Made by a program: the position numbers and the translations under genes. The notes beneath the pieces are model-generated. The model had not been told where the DNA came from. It did no database searches and saw only the letters and a list, made by a program, of their open reading frames with translations. From an uncultured Trueperaceae bacterium (GTDB taxonomy: Bacteria > Deinococcota > Deinococci > Deinococcales > Trueperaceae), in assembly GCA_963799485.1 (NCBI GenBank), contig CAWCXJ010000004.1:181470-245469 (forward strand): DNA of 64,000 nt, in the 5' to 3' direction. Below, in pieces: positions 20,967 to 30,765 of the stretch; positions within the stretch are counted from its first letter, which is position 1; each line of letters starts with the position of its first letter.

Positions 20967-21134
20967 AAATGTCTCCTCACTCCTTTATGTAACGTAAAGA
21001 ACCCTACCAAGGTTTGAGTCGGGAGGCGGTAGTTCAGGTAAAGCAATGAGCAATTAGTAAAAGCTTTTGACTTTACTCGTTGCTCATTGCCCGGTACTCA
21101 TTGCTAGAATTACCTCATAGATTGCGAGGTCTTT

Positions 21135-22121
21135 ATGTCCCAGACTGCCAAAACTCCTGTTTCCGACTTTGTCCGCCACCACTACCGCCACTTCAACGCC
21201 GCCGCTCTCGTGGACGCTGCCGACGCTTACACCGCACACCTGGCTTCCGGCGGTCACATGATGGTGACTTTAGCCGGGGCCATGAGCACCGCCGAACTCG
21301 GGTTGTCGTTTGCCGAGATGATTCGCCAGGACAAGGTGCAGCTGATCTCTTGTACGGGCGCGAACTTAGAAGAAGACATCTTCAACCTCATCGCGCACGA
21401 CTTTTACGAGCGCGTCCCGCACTACCGCGACCTCACCGCGCAAGACGAGCAGGATTTGCTGGACCGTCACATGAACCGCGTGACCGACACCTGCATCCCC
21501 GAAATGGAGGCGATGCGGCGGCTCGAGGACGCCCTCTTAAACGAGTGGACGCGCGCCGACGCTGCCGGAGAACGCTACTTTCCGCATGAGTTCTTGTACA
21601 AACTGATTCGCTCGGGAGCTTTGGAAGAACACTACCAAATTGACCCCAAAAACTCGTGGCTGGTCGCCGCCGCCGAAAAGAACCTGCCGATTATCGTCCC
21701 CGGTTGGGAAGACTCGACGACCGGCAACATGTTCGCCGCGCACTGCATCACCGGCGAGCTGAAAAATGTTCACACTGTAAAAACGGGCATTGAATACATG
21801 ATGTATTTAGCTGAGCTTTACACTGAAACCGCGCCGGAACACTCGATTGGTTTTTTTCAAATCGGCGGCGGTATTGCCGGAGATTTTCCCATCTGTGTGG
21901 TGCCGATGTTGCACCAGGATTTACGGCGCGACGGCGTGCCGATGTGGGGCTACTTTTGCCAAATCAGCGATTCGACCACGAGTTACGGGTCGTATTCGGG
22001 GGCGGTGCCGAACGAGAAGATTACCTGGGGCAAACTCTCGGCAGAGACGCCCAAGTTCATTGTGGAGAGTGACGCGACGATTGTAGCACCTTTGATGTTC
22101 GCGCTGATTTTGGGACAATAG
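21135..22121 (+). CDS. Deoxyhypusine synthase family protein
   Basis: LAGAMSTAELG, SCTGANLEED, IGGGIAGDF, SYSGAVPNEKITWGK. Confidence 0.9.
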   Translation: MSQTAKTPVSDFVRHHYRHFNAAALVDAADAYTAHLASGGHMMVTLAGAMSTAELGLSFAEMIRQDKVQLISCTGANLEEDIFNLIAHDFYERVPHYRDLTAQDEQDLLDRHMNRVTDTCIPEMEAMRRLEDALLNEWTRADAAGERYFPHEFLYKLIRSGALEEHYQIDPKNSWLVAAAEKNLPIIVPGWEDSTTGNMFAAHCITGELKNVHTVKTGIEYMMYLAELYTETAPEHSIGFFQIGGGIAGDFPICVVPMLHQDLRRDGVPMWGYFCQISDSTTSYGSYSGAVPNEKITWGKLSAETPKFIVESDATIVAPLMFALILGQ

Positions 22122-22143
22122 TGACCGCCAGAAGACTAAAGAG

Positions 22144-22755
22144 GTGAGTTCCGAGATAATATCAACGCTTATAACTGTAGGGGGAACAATTCTTGCGCTA
22201 TTACTTAATCACTGGTTGCAAGCGCCCTCTAAATCCCGCCGTTCTAAGAAAGAGAATGCGCCGCCAGTTGTTTCTGTACCAGAAACCCCTTCGCTTTCAG
22301 ATAAAGGTCATCCGCCAATCCGTTATCTTGATCAGCCACATCAAGTTCGATTTGTCGGAAGTTTGCCTGAGCTCAAGAAGGTCATCTTCCAAAATGCGCG
22401 ACAGGGTTGGGATAGTGGGATTACGGCTAACATGGCCCAAGCTAATGCTGACGTCATTGACTTCTTGGTTGATGTTTGGGTGAAGCTTTCTGGGTTTTAT
22501 CCTGAAAGGCACTTCGATGGAAAAACAGGACGAGAGTTCATCAGCGACTACATTAAAAGTAGATTCGATTATCACAACGCTAAGCATGAACCTACGGGGC
22601 CTGGATCGCACGGCACGATTGTCAGAGTGCTTGTTGGTGGAGACGTCATCCATGACCTTGACCAAATGGTTGTTGACATGGTGAGTACACTGGCGGTAGA
22701 CGCAAAAACTATAGATTCTAGGACTTGGAAAGCAGCTTGGGGTGCTGCATCCTGA
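22144..22755 (+). CDS. Hypothetical protein with N-terminal membrane anchor (low GC)
   Basis: 203-aa ORF with a hydrophobic N-terminus and atypical composition. Confidence 0.65.
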   Translation: MSSEIISTLITVGGTILALLLNHWLQAPSKSRRSKKENAPPVVSVPETPSLSDKGHPPIRYLDQPHQVRFVGSLPELKKVIFQNARQGWDSGITANMAQANADVIDFLVDVWVKLSGFYPERHFDGKTGREFISDYIKSRFDYHNAKHEPTGPGSHGTIVRVLVGGDVIHDLDQMVVDMVSTLAVDAKTIDSRTWKAAWGAAS

Positions 22756-22799
22756 TTTCCGATCTCACTTCAATCTACAGCTAGGCGTACCATCTGACC

Positions 22800-23018
22800 A
22801 TGAGCTATAAAGACATCATCACCATCGAACCGGGTAAGCGTGGCGGCAAACCTTGCATTCGGGGTATGCGTATCACGGTTTACGATGTCCTCGAGCTTCT
22901 AGCTAGCGGCATGACACCTGAGGAGATACTCGAGGATTTTCCCTATTTGACCCAAGAGGATATTCTGGCTTGTCTCAGCTACGCCGCTGACCGCGAGAAA
23001 ATCATGATGGTCGCCTGA
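22800..23018 (+). CDS. DUF433 antitoxin
   Basis: ITIEPGKRGGKPCIRGMRITVYDVL..LASGMT.EEILEDFPYL. Confidence 0.92.
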   Translation: MSYKDIITIEPGKRGGKPCIRGMRITVYDVLELLASGMTPEEILEDFPYLTQEDILACLSYAADREKIMMVA

Positions 23019-23024
23019 ACCGAC

Positions 23025-23357
23025 TTGAAACTCCTTTTTGACCAAAACCTGTCCCCCCGTTTAGCTAGGCGTTTGGGAGACATCTTTCCTGATTCTCAGC
23101 ATGTCTATCCTCTCGGACTCGGCAGCGTTTTGGACACCGAAATTTGGAATTATGCCAAGCTCGAGAACTACATCATCGTTACCAAAGACGCAGATTTTAG
23201 CGATTTGTGTTTGCTCTTGGGTTTTCCACCCAACGTCATATGGATAAGACGTGGTAACTGCAAAACCTCGGATGTCGAGGCGCTTCTTAGGTTGCACGCT
23301 CAAGCTGTTGAGAGGTTGGCTGCTGACGCTCAGCAAGGCATTTTAGCGCTCTTTTAG
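23025..23357 (+). CDS. DUF5615 PIN-like toxin
   Basis: KLLFDQNLS, D.EIW.YA, IVTKDADF, PP.VIWIR.GN. Directly downstream of DUF433. Confidence 0.9.
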   Translation: MKLLFDQNLSPRLARRLGDIFPDSQHVYPLGLGSVLDTEIWNYAKLENYIIVTKDADFSDLCLLLGFPPNVIWIRRGNCKTSDVEALLRLHAQAVERLAADAQQGILALF

Positions 23358-23407
23358 AGAACCTCGAGCCTCCGTACCTTCATAACCCCAAACGCCTATG
23401 ATCTACT

Positions 23408-23692
23408 ATGGCAAGTCGAGCAATCACGATTCGGGTAGACCCCGAAGCGGCCCAGGCTTGCGAAACGGCGTCGGCAGAAAAAAAATGTAAACCGGACGCA
23501 CTCCTGAGCCTCAAGCTCACAGAAATTGCAAGAGCAGAGAGGTCGCTCGAGGACATCATGACTGAGGGGGGTAAGAGCTCGAGACGACGCGACACCTTCG
23601 GTCTCGAGCTTGTTACCGACGAGGGCTCCAGACAGAGCGGTGCGGGCGCGTTCATAAAGCAATTACCCGTATATCAAAATGTGCGCTCATAA
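23408..23692 (+). pseudogene. Degenerate antitoxin-like small protein
   Basis: ITIRVDPEAAQA...SLEDIM resembles small antitoxin-like proteins found before PIN toxins. The C-terminus looks decayed and no toxin follows. Confidence 0.4.
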
Positions 23693-23775
23693 AAGACCGT
23701 CTTTCAAAGGCGCGAGCCGGCTGACGTGTTCAGGTATCCCGCAGGTAACCGGTCGGTACCATCCGGCTCGAGGCT

Positions 23776-25605
23776 CTAGACCTCGAGCGCGGTTCTCGTG
23801 TCTATCTCTACCGCCTTGGTTTCGGCTACCTCGACTTTGGGTACGAGCGAAACCAGTGTGTCCCCGGCGGTAAGGTCTAGCGACGCCCCCGACACGACGA
23901 CGAGCGTTTTGCCGCGCACGATAAACAGCGGCATATAGCCTTCGTTTTGCGCCTCGAAGTCTTTACGGGTAAACGTTTCGGTCAGCGGCGTTTTTTTAAG
24001 CTCGCCCCCGCGAAAACGGGCCTCGAGCTCTTCAAAGGTCGTACCCCGCCCGAAAATCAAGCGCCCCCGGCGCTCTTCGTCCAAGGTGTCGCGGTCGCTT
24101 TCGCTGGGTTTAAGTTGAAACACATGGGTCGAATCGAAGGTGCGGGTAAATTTAATCGTAGCGAGGGCGTTCGCCTCATCGTTCGAGGTCATCGCCAGCA
24201 GCGTACCGATACCTGAAAGCCGCATCTCTTCGTCGGCGCGGCCTGAAAGCGGGCTGCCGTAGTAGGCGTTTAACCCCTCCAGGCGCGCCGTCGTGATATT
24301 CGCATAGTTCGTATCGGCGAGCAGCGTGGTAAAGCCTTCAGTTTGTAAAAACGCGGCGAGTTGCCGGGCAACGGTGTGCGCCCCCAACAGCAGGACTCCC
24401 TGCGGCTCGGGTTCGGCAACGCCCAAAAGCCGCGCCACCGGTTTCGCGGTCAGGCTGTTTAGCGTCACGCTGCCGACAATGATGATAAACACCAGCGGCA
24501 CGAGCACCTCCGCCCCGGCAACCTCGGCCTGGGTCAAACGCGAGGCGAAGAGCGAGGTGACCGACGCCGCGACGATGCCGCGCGGCGCAATCCACGACAA
24601 AAAGAGTTTTTCTCGCCACGAGAGCGGCGACCCGATCGTGCTGACAAAGATGTTGAGCGGCCTCACCACGAACATGATGACGCCGACTAAAGCCAGACTC
24701 TGCCACGACAACGCCGTTACGAACGCGCCCAGTTCGATGTTGGCGGCCAGGACGATAAAGAGCAGCGAGATAAAGAGCAGGCTCAGGTCTTCTTTGAAGG
24801 TCAAAATCTCGCCGATGTTCGGCGCGCGCAGGTTCGCCATCAACAGACCCATCACGGTCGTTGCCAGCAGCCCGGACTCCGGCGACAAGAGGTTCGAGCC
24901 CGCGTAAACGCTAAAAACGAGCGCCAGCGCCACCAGGTTGGTCAGGTAGTCGGGGATAAAGCGGCGGCGCAGCAAAAAGGTGAAGATAAGCCCGCCCACG
25001 CCGCCGACGATCACGCCGACGACGATAAAGAGCACGAGCGACCAGAGTGTGTGACCAACTGCCGTATCGCTGTAACCCCCAAGGAGCAAGAACTCGAAGA
25101 CCAGTACCGCGACGAGCGCGCCGATAGGGTCGATTAAAATCCCTTCCCACTTGAGGATATTGGCGACGCGCGGCTCGGCCCGGACGCTCCGCATCAGCGG
25201 CCCGATCACCGTCGGCCCGGTGACGATCACGAGCGCGCCGAAAAGGAGCGCCAGGGGCAGCGTCAGCCCGATAAGGAGGTAGCTCGCCAGCGTGACCAAG
25301 AGCCAGGTCAGGAGCGCCCCGACACTGATGAGGTTCAGCACCACGCGCCGCACCTCCCTGACCTCGGGAAACCGCAGCGTCAGGCCCCCTTCAAAAAGAA
25401 TCAGCCCGACCGCCAGACCAACTACCGGAAAGAGCAAGTCTTCGCTGATAAACTCGAGCGGCTTGACCAGTCCCGTCAGCGGCCCGACGACGAAACCGAT
25501 GAGTAGGAGCGGCAGGATTGCAGGTAGGTTGACGCGCCACGCCAGCCACTGGGCAGCGGCTCCGAGGGCGATAAGTAGGGCGACGTAAAAGCTCGGCTCA
25601 GCCAT
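23776..25605 (-). CDS. CPA1 cation:proton antiporter with C-terminal TrkA-N-like domain
   Basis: About 12 TM segments. ILFEGGL, TGPTVIGP, EGILIDPIG, IAPRGIVAA. Confidence 0.9.
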   Translation of the reverse strand: MAEPSFYVALLIALGAAAQWLAWRVNLPAILPLLLIGFVVGPLTGLVKPLEFISEDLLFPVVGLAVGLILFEGGLTLRFPEVREVRRVVLNLISVGALLTWLLVTLASYLLIGLTLPLALLFGALVIVTGPTVIGPLMRSVRAEPRVANILKWEGILIDPIGALVAVLVFEFLLLGGYSDTAVGHTLWSLVLFIVVGVIVGGVGGLIFTFLLRRRFIPDYLTNLVALALVFSVYAGSNLLSPESGLLATTVMGLLMANLRAPNIGEILTFKEDLSLLFISLLFIVLAANIELGAFVTALSWQSLALVGVIMFVVRPLNIFVSTIGSPLSWREKLFLSWIAPRGIVAASVTSLFASRLTQAEVAGAEVLVPLVFIIIVGSVTLNSLTAKPVARLLGVAEPEPQGVLLLGAHTVARQLAAFLQTEGFTTLLADTNYANITTARLEGLNAYYGSPLSGRADEEMRLSGIGTLLAMTSNDEANALATIKFTRTFDSTHVFQLKPSESDRDTLDEERRGRLIFGRGTTFEELEARFRGGELKKTPLTETFTRKDFEAQNEGYMPLFIVRGKTLVVVSGASLDLTAGDTLVSLVPKVEVAETKAVEIDTRTALEV

Positions 25606-25707
25606 ATCTGCACCAGTCTGTCACAGCTTGCCGCACAGATATGTCGGATTCACGATACATTGCGCCTGAAATTGAGGTAGCGGTGCAAAACGTTTCTAAA
25701 AACGAAA

Positions 25708-26208
25708 CTAGTTCGGCTCGAGCAGCGTCAAGGCGTTCGTCCCGTAAACGCGCCGGTCGCCGCCAAGCGTGAGGTCTGACGGATGCTGAAAGATGTAGAG
25801 CCCGGCGACCTCGGCGGCTAGAATCGTCGCGAAGATGGTTTCCAACGCGAGCGGATACGGCGGCGCGGCGAACACGATATCAAAGGCTCCCGGATGCGCT
25901 TTCGCGTAGGCCAGCGCGTCACCCTGAACGACGCCGACCTCGAGCTTAAACGCTTGAGCGTTTTTACGGACGACGTTTGCGGCGTCTCTGGAGAGGTCAA
26001 CGCACGTCGCTTGCCAGCCGCGCGAGGCGGCCTCGAGGCCCACCGCCCCGGAACCGCTGTAGAGGTCTAAAAAGGTGCCCCGAGGCCGAAACCCGATGAT
26101 GTTAAATAACGCCTCACGGAGTCTGCTGGGGCTTGGGCGGGTGCCGCTTGCAGGAACGTCCAGCACGCGGCCTCTGGCGGTGCCGCCGATGATGCGGGGT
26201 TTAGCCAT
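25708..26208 (-). CDS. rsmD: RsmD family rRNA methyltransferase
   Basis: RIIGG.ARGR, TRP..REALFN, FLDLYSGSGAVGLEAASRG, APPY. Confidence 0.88.
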   Translation of the reverse strand: MAKPRIIGGTARGRVLDVPASGTRPSPSRLREALFNIIGFRPRGTFLDLYSGSGAVGLEAASRGWQATCVDLSRDAANVVRKNAQAFKLEVGVVQGDALAYAKAHPGAFDIVFAAPPYPLALETIFATILAAEVAGLYIFQHPSDLTLGGDRRVYGTNALTLLEPN

Positions 26209-26336
26209 GTCTAGTCACCACGGCCAGCTCGTGTGGCAAGGCGGGTTTCCGAGCGTTCTGACGGAAGCATATAAAAGTCTACCTGCTTGTGCCATGTTTG
26301 ACACTGCGTTTTCCAACCTGCTGTTCGTAGAACAAA

Positions 26337-28073
26337 TCACCGAGCCGTTAGCTTGGCCAGCCTTGCGGCGAGAGCGTAAGCTTGACCGCGTGTGAGGGTT
26401 GCTTGGGGCTCGAGCCCAGCTACCGACCTGCGCCAGTCGACTGTGCGGGCGTTCAGGGCGCGACTTGCAGCGCGGCTCAGGTCTACAGCTAAACTCAGGG
26501 TGAGGTCGCCTTCAAGGTCGGGGAACCTTTCAAGCAACCTTTTACCGAGGGTGTCGTCACGCCAAAACCGCTTGCCGACGTTGACCAGCAGATACAAAAA
26601 GCCCTGAGCGGGCATGGTCTCGTCGAGCCCTGGGTCGTTATCGTAACCGCCGAGCGCCAGACCCTTGCGCCGCAGCGTGCGGTACGCCTCGAAGTTTGGG
26701 TGCTGCGCCGGGCCGGTCGGGGCTCCGGGTTTGACTTCAGGCAAGTATGCGCCCCTGCCGCCCAACTGTTCGCGTAAACCCTCAACTGCTCTGGAATCCG
26801 CCACATAAGCTGAGGCCGAGCGTCCCGTCTGCGCCGCATTTGCCGCCGCTACCCCGACCGCCTCACCCAAAGCCATCCCAAACGGGACAACCCGCGCCGA
26901 CGCCGCTGCGAGCGGGTCGTAGCCGGCACTTTTACCGACAATCCAAAGATTGTCCGGGCCTCTGTTGGCTAAGCGCTGCGGCAGCGCCACGCAGAGCCGC
27001 ACGCCGTAAATCTCCGGGACGCCGTAAACGTAGCCGTTATCACCTGGTGTCAGGGTTTGTACGTCGAGGGGGTAGTTGCCGGCGGCGATATCGCCCGGTC
27101 TTACGATGTTGTCGAGCGTGTCGTCTACGGTGAGCGTACAACGCGTTTTGAAGTGCCGCCACTCGCGGATATAGAGCCGCTCGGCAACGCCGCCGTACCG
27201 GGCCTTTTCAAAGCCCGGCAGCGCCCGCAAGTACCTCACGATTTGCGGAGCCTCGAGCCGCGCCCGCTGCAACCCGTCGGCTACGCTCAAAGGGTCGGAC
27301 GGGTCGACGCCGTAAACGAGCAGCGCGTTGACCAGTACAGAACCGTCCGCCTGCCGTCCCAGGTTGAGGCCGCGCAACCGGATACCCGCTTGTTTCGCCG
27401 TATACGCCGCCGGAAAACCTCCAAACGCGCCCCACACGGCGTCGCCGCTGACCTGCGCGTAACCGCTACCCCGTAGCTGCACATCTTTAACCAAGCCTGC
27501 CCAGTCGATCCCCTCGAGCCGAAAGACCAGCGTGTCCGCCATCCGCTCCGGGACACCCAGCGAGCTGAACCCGACCGTGTAAGCTGCGCCCGCAGCAGCG
27601 GCAAAGTCGCCGTCGGCTGTGGCGTCGATAACTTGTTGTGCAGCCAACCTCTCGTCGCCGACCCGAACCCCGACCACCCGGCCCGCCTGCATAATCGGCG
27701 TCACCAAAGACGCCCCCAGCTTTACGGTGACGCCCGCACCCCCCAGCAGCGCCTCAAAAGCCCTTTGTGCCCGCCCCGTATCGAACGCCGCGCCGCGTAG
27801 GACGAGGTTCCACCAGCGTTCAAACAGTCCGCGCTGCACCAGCGCGTGCGCGCGCAGGTCGAGCGAGTTGAGACCGCCCAACACAAAGAGCCCCCCGACG
27901 CGCGCGTCTTCTGTTATGAGCAGCGTCCGGGCCCCTGTTTCGGCGGCGGCAACGGCGGCGCTGATCCCCTCGGGTTCACTCCCGACGACGATGACTTCAA
28001 AGGGTGGTGTTTCGGCAGCCACCGCTGAAAAGAACGCCCCGACGAGCAGTAGGTAACATATCCGGCGAAACAT
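26337..28073 (-). CDS. Secreted FAD-dependent oxidoreductase
   Basis: Signal peptide (AVA-AE), VIVVGSEPEGISAAVAAA, VIDATADGD. Confidence 0.82.
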   Translation of the reverse strand: MFRRICYLLLVGAFFSAVAAETPPFEVIVVGSEPEGISAAVAAAETGARTLLITEDARVGGLFVLGGLNSLDLRAHALVQRGLFERWWNLVLRGAAFDTGRAQRAFEALLGGAGVTVKLGASLVTPIMQAGRVVGVRVGDERLAAQQVIDATADGDFAAAAGAAYTVGFSSLGVPERMADTLVFRLEGIDWAGLVKDVQLRGSGYAQVSGDAVWGAFGGFPAAYTAKQAGIRLRGLNLGRQADGSVLVNALLVYGVDPSDPLSVADGLQRARLEAPQIVRYLRALPGFEKARYGGVAERLYIREWRHFKTRCTLTVDDTLDNIVRPGDIAAGNYPLDVQTLTPGDNGYVYGVPEIYGVRLCVALPQRLANRGPDNLWIVGKSAGYDPLAAASARVVPFGMALGEAVGVAAANAAQTGRSASAYVADSRAVEGLREQLGGRGAYLPEVKPGAPTGPAQHPNFEAYRTLRRKGLALGGYDNDPGLDETMPAQGFLYLLVNVGKRFWRDDTLGKRLLERFPDLEGDLTLSLAVDLSRAASRALNARTVDWRRSVAGLEPQATLTRGQAYALAARLAKLTAR

Positions 28074-28121
28074 CCCTCAATCTACAAAAAAGCTCACGGG
28101 TAAAGGTGCTAAAGTGACCCT

Positions 28122-29198
28122 ATGACCAAAAAGGCTTTTTTACTCCTCCCGCTCCTGCTAGCGGGCTGTTTGCCGTCGTTTCAGGCGGGCGCGCCGGTTT
28201 TACACGACGTGGCGCTCTATACTGCCCAAAACGGGTCGCTCTACGGTTACTTTTACGGCGAACCAACGACGCTCAGCGTCGGTGGACGCGACCTCGAGCT
28301 GACGAAGGGCGCTTCCGACGACCCCCTGAGCGTCCCCAATGCCCTCCTCGTCGAAGGTCAGCCCTACCTCAAACAAGCGGTCACGCCGCTCGGTAACGCG
28401 CCCGTAGTGGTGCAAAGTGTTCCCTTTTCGACCGACCTGATGGTCACGACGACCGAAGCCGTCGAGGGCGTGCTGTATTTCGACGGCGAGCTGTGGTTTA
28501 CGCTTTTGGGCGCGGCGGACACGGGTTATGCGGGCCGCGTCGTACCACGTGAACGCCCCGACAAGCTCTTCGGCCTCGGGGAGCTGACGCGCGCGGAAGC
28601 CGACGTTTTCGGGCGTAACTTGGAGGCGCGTGGCCCGGTCGTCGTCACCGCGCTCGCCGAAGTGCGCGACCGTACCCGGCAGGCCAACGGCCTGGGCGAC
28701 TACCGCAACACCACGCTCGTGGTGCGGCGCGGCCTCGAGACCGCCGGCGTCACCGCGACCCCGGCGGCTACGGCTGCACCCGCGTGGGAAGTCCTGGCGA
28801 CCGGCACCCAGGCGACCGGCGGCGACTCGCCAAGTTTTGAACTCGCCACCAGTCAGGCGGAGTTGGAAAGGCTCTGGAACCGGGCTTACGGCCTGATGGT
28901 ACCGAAACCGCCCGTCCCGGAGGTCGATTTCGGGCGCTCAAGCGTCGCCGCCTTTTTCCTGGGAACCAAAAACAGCGGCGGTTACAGCGTGGACGTGCAA
29001 AATGTCGCGGTTGAAAGTGGCGAAGCGTACTTGGACGTAGCGACCACCGCCCCGGCTCCCGGTACGCTGAGCACGCAGGCGCTTACCAACCCGTGGGTGA
29101 TGGTGCGGATAGAGACGCCGAACCTCGGCTCGGCGTGGTTTAGGGACGTATCGAACGGTGAGTTACTCGGGACGGCGCGGAGTACGCTTGGAAAGTAG
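28122..29198 (+). CDS. Lipoprotein with C-terminal PrcB-like domain
   Basis: LLAGC lipobox and PEVDF....FFLGTKNSGGYSV....TQALTNPW. Confidence 0.8.
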   Translation: MTKKAFLLLPLLLAGCLPSFQAGAPVLHDVALYTAQNGSLYGYFYGEPTTLSVGGRDLELTKGASDDPLSVPNALLVEGQPYLKQAVTPLGNAPVVVQSVPFSTDLMVTTTEAVEGVLYFDGELWFTLLGAADTGYAGRVVPRERPDKLFGLGELTRAEADVFGRNLEARGPVVVTALAEVRDRTRQANGLGDYRNTTLVVRRGLETAGVTATPAATAAPAWEVLATGTQATGGDSPSFELATSQAELERLWNRAYGLMVPKPPVPEVDFGRSSVAAFFLGTKNSGGYSVDVQNVAVESGEAYLDVATTAPAPGTLSTQALTNPWVMVRIETPNLGSAWFRDVSNGELLGTARSTLGK

Positions 29199-29231
29199 AA
29201 ACGTTGGTTTGTCGATAAAAATCCGTCAGCG

Positions 29232-29262
29232 AAAAAGGGACGACCTCGGTGCGTCCCTTTTC
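29232..29262. terminator. Bidirectional intrinsic terminator
   Basis: AAAAAGGGACG...CGTCCCTTTT between convergent genes. Confidence 0.8.
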
Positions 29263-29544
29263 TGTTTGGCTTGGTGACAGCTTAGTCGGGTTTGGCGGGG
29301 AGAAACTCGAGCCCCGTGATATTGACGCCTCTCGAGCAGTCGTCAACGCAGCTTTTCGGCACGTAGTCGCACGTCCTCAAAACGCCGTCGCCACGAAACT
29401 CGAGGTAAAAGTCGTTTTTTAACGAACTCCGGGTCAGCACCCCGGCATACGCCGTAAAGGTCATCGCCCGTGCGCGGTGCTGCGCCCGCTTCGTAGCTGC
29501 CGACCGCTGGACCTTCTTCCTTCCAGCTTTCGGTTACGCGTAAT

Positions 29545-30714
29545 TCAGGTCAGTGCTTGCGGGTCGAACAGTTTACGGTATTCGTCTCCCGCGTAACGGT
29601 CGGTCATCCCCGCTAGATAGTCGGTTACGGTACGCACCAAACCTTTTTCTGCGGTTTCGGCTTGTACTGCTTGCGGCAGCATTTTAGGGGTTTCGCAGTA
29701 CGCCGTAAAAAGTGCGGTGAGCATCCGGTCGGCTTTGCGGGTCATGCGGATTTGGCGAAAGTGATAGTACAGGTTTTCGTACAAAAAACTTTTGAGTTCG
29801 GCAAGTTGTGCGTGCAAGTCGGGTTCGGCGCAGACGAGTTTGGTGGGCGCGCGCTGCACGTCCCCCAGCGTTTTTACGGCGTAAGCGCTGAGCTGGCGGT
29901 CGGTCTCCCGGATGGTGCTTTCAATGGTCAAGCCCAAAAGTTCACGGATGAGGATGTAGCGTTCAGAACTTCCGAAATGCTGCGCGTCCAGTCCGAGCTG
30001 TTTCATCAGTTCACCGACAAGAGGAACCTCGGCAATTTGCGGCGGGGTGAGGTGAGCGCCGCGCAAGCCGTCCTCCAAGTCGTGCGCGTTATACGCCAGC
30101 TCGTCGGCGATGTTGACCACCTGCGCCTCCAAAGACGGTTGCCGGTCGGGTTCATGACCATCCCCAAACCTCTTACTAAAACTTGTACCGAGCAAATCAT
30201 ATTTGTCGTGTTTCATGATGCCCTCGAGCGTCTCCCAGCTCAAATTAAGCCCCGGAAAAGCGGGATAGCGGTGCTCGAGTTCGGTGACCACCCGCAAAGA
30301 CTGCTGGTTGTGGTCGAAACCGCCTTCAGCACTTGCCAGCCGGTCGAGCGTGCGTTCCCCGGCATGTCCGAACGGCGGGTGCCCGAGGTCGTGGGCCAGG
30401 GCAATCGTCTCGGCGAGGTCGTCGTTTAGGCCGAGCGCGCGGGTGATGCTTTTGGCGACCTGCGCGACCTCGAGCGTATGCGTGAGGCGCGTGCGGTAGT
30501 GGTCGCCCTCGTAGTTTACAAACACTTGCGTTTTGTACTCGAGCCGCCTGAAAGCCGAGGTGTGAATCACCCGGTCGCGGTCTTTTTGAAAGGCGGTGCG
30601 GTATTGAGACGGCCCTTCCGCGTAGCTGCGGCCCCGGCTTTTTGCAGCGAGAACGGCGTAGGGGGCCAGCGTGTCGGCTTCGCGCTGCTCGAGCTGCTCA
30701 CGCGTGTAAATCAT
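29545..30714 (-). CDS. dgt: dGTP triphosphohydrolase (HD domain)
   Basis: RDRVIH.SAFRRL.YKTQVF, RTRLTHTLEV, AHDLGHPPFGHAGE. Confidence 0.93.
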   Translation of the reverse strand: MIYTREQLEQREADTLAPYAVLAAKSRGRSYAEGPSQYRTAFQKDRDRVIHTSAFRRLEYKTQVFVNYEGDHYRTRLTHTLEVAQVAKSITRALGLNDDLAETIALAHDLGHPPFGHAGERTLDRLASAEGGFDHNQQSLRVVTELEHRYPAFPGLNLSWETLEGIMKHDKYDLLGTSFSKRFGDGHEPDRQPSLEAQVVNIADELAYNAHDLEDGLRGAHLTPPQIAEVPLVGELMKQLGLDAQHFGSSERYILIRELLGLTIESTIRETDRQLSAYAVKTLGDVQRAPTKLVCAEPDLHAQLAELKSFLYENLYYHFRQIRMTRKADRMLTALFTAYCETPKMLPQAVQAETAEKGLVRTVTDYLAGMTDRYAGDEYRKLFDPQALT

Positions 30715-30765
30715 GACTCAGCCTAACGCGCCGCGCGCCGCTTTACCGCGAGATACACTGCAGCT

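Noticed and set aside
29282..29464. 60-aa minus-strand ORF downstream of dgt
   Set aside because: No SD, -10 box or recognisable motif. It may be a remnant.
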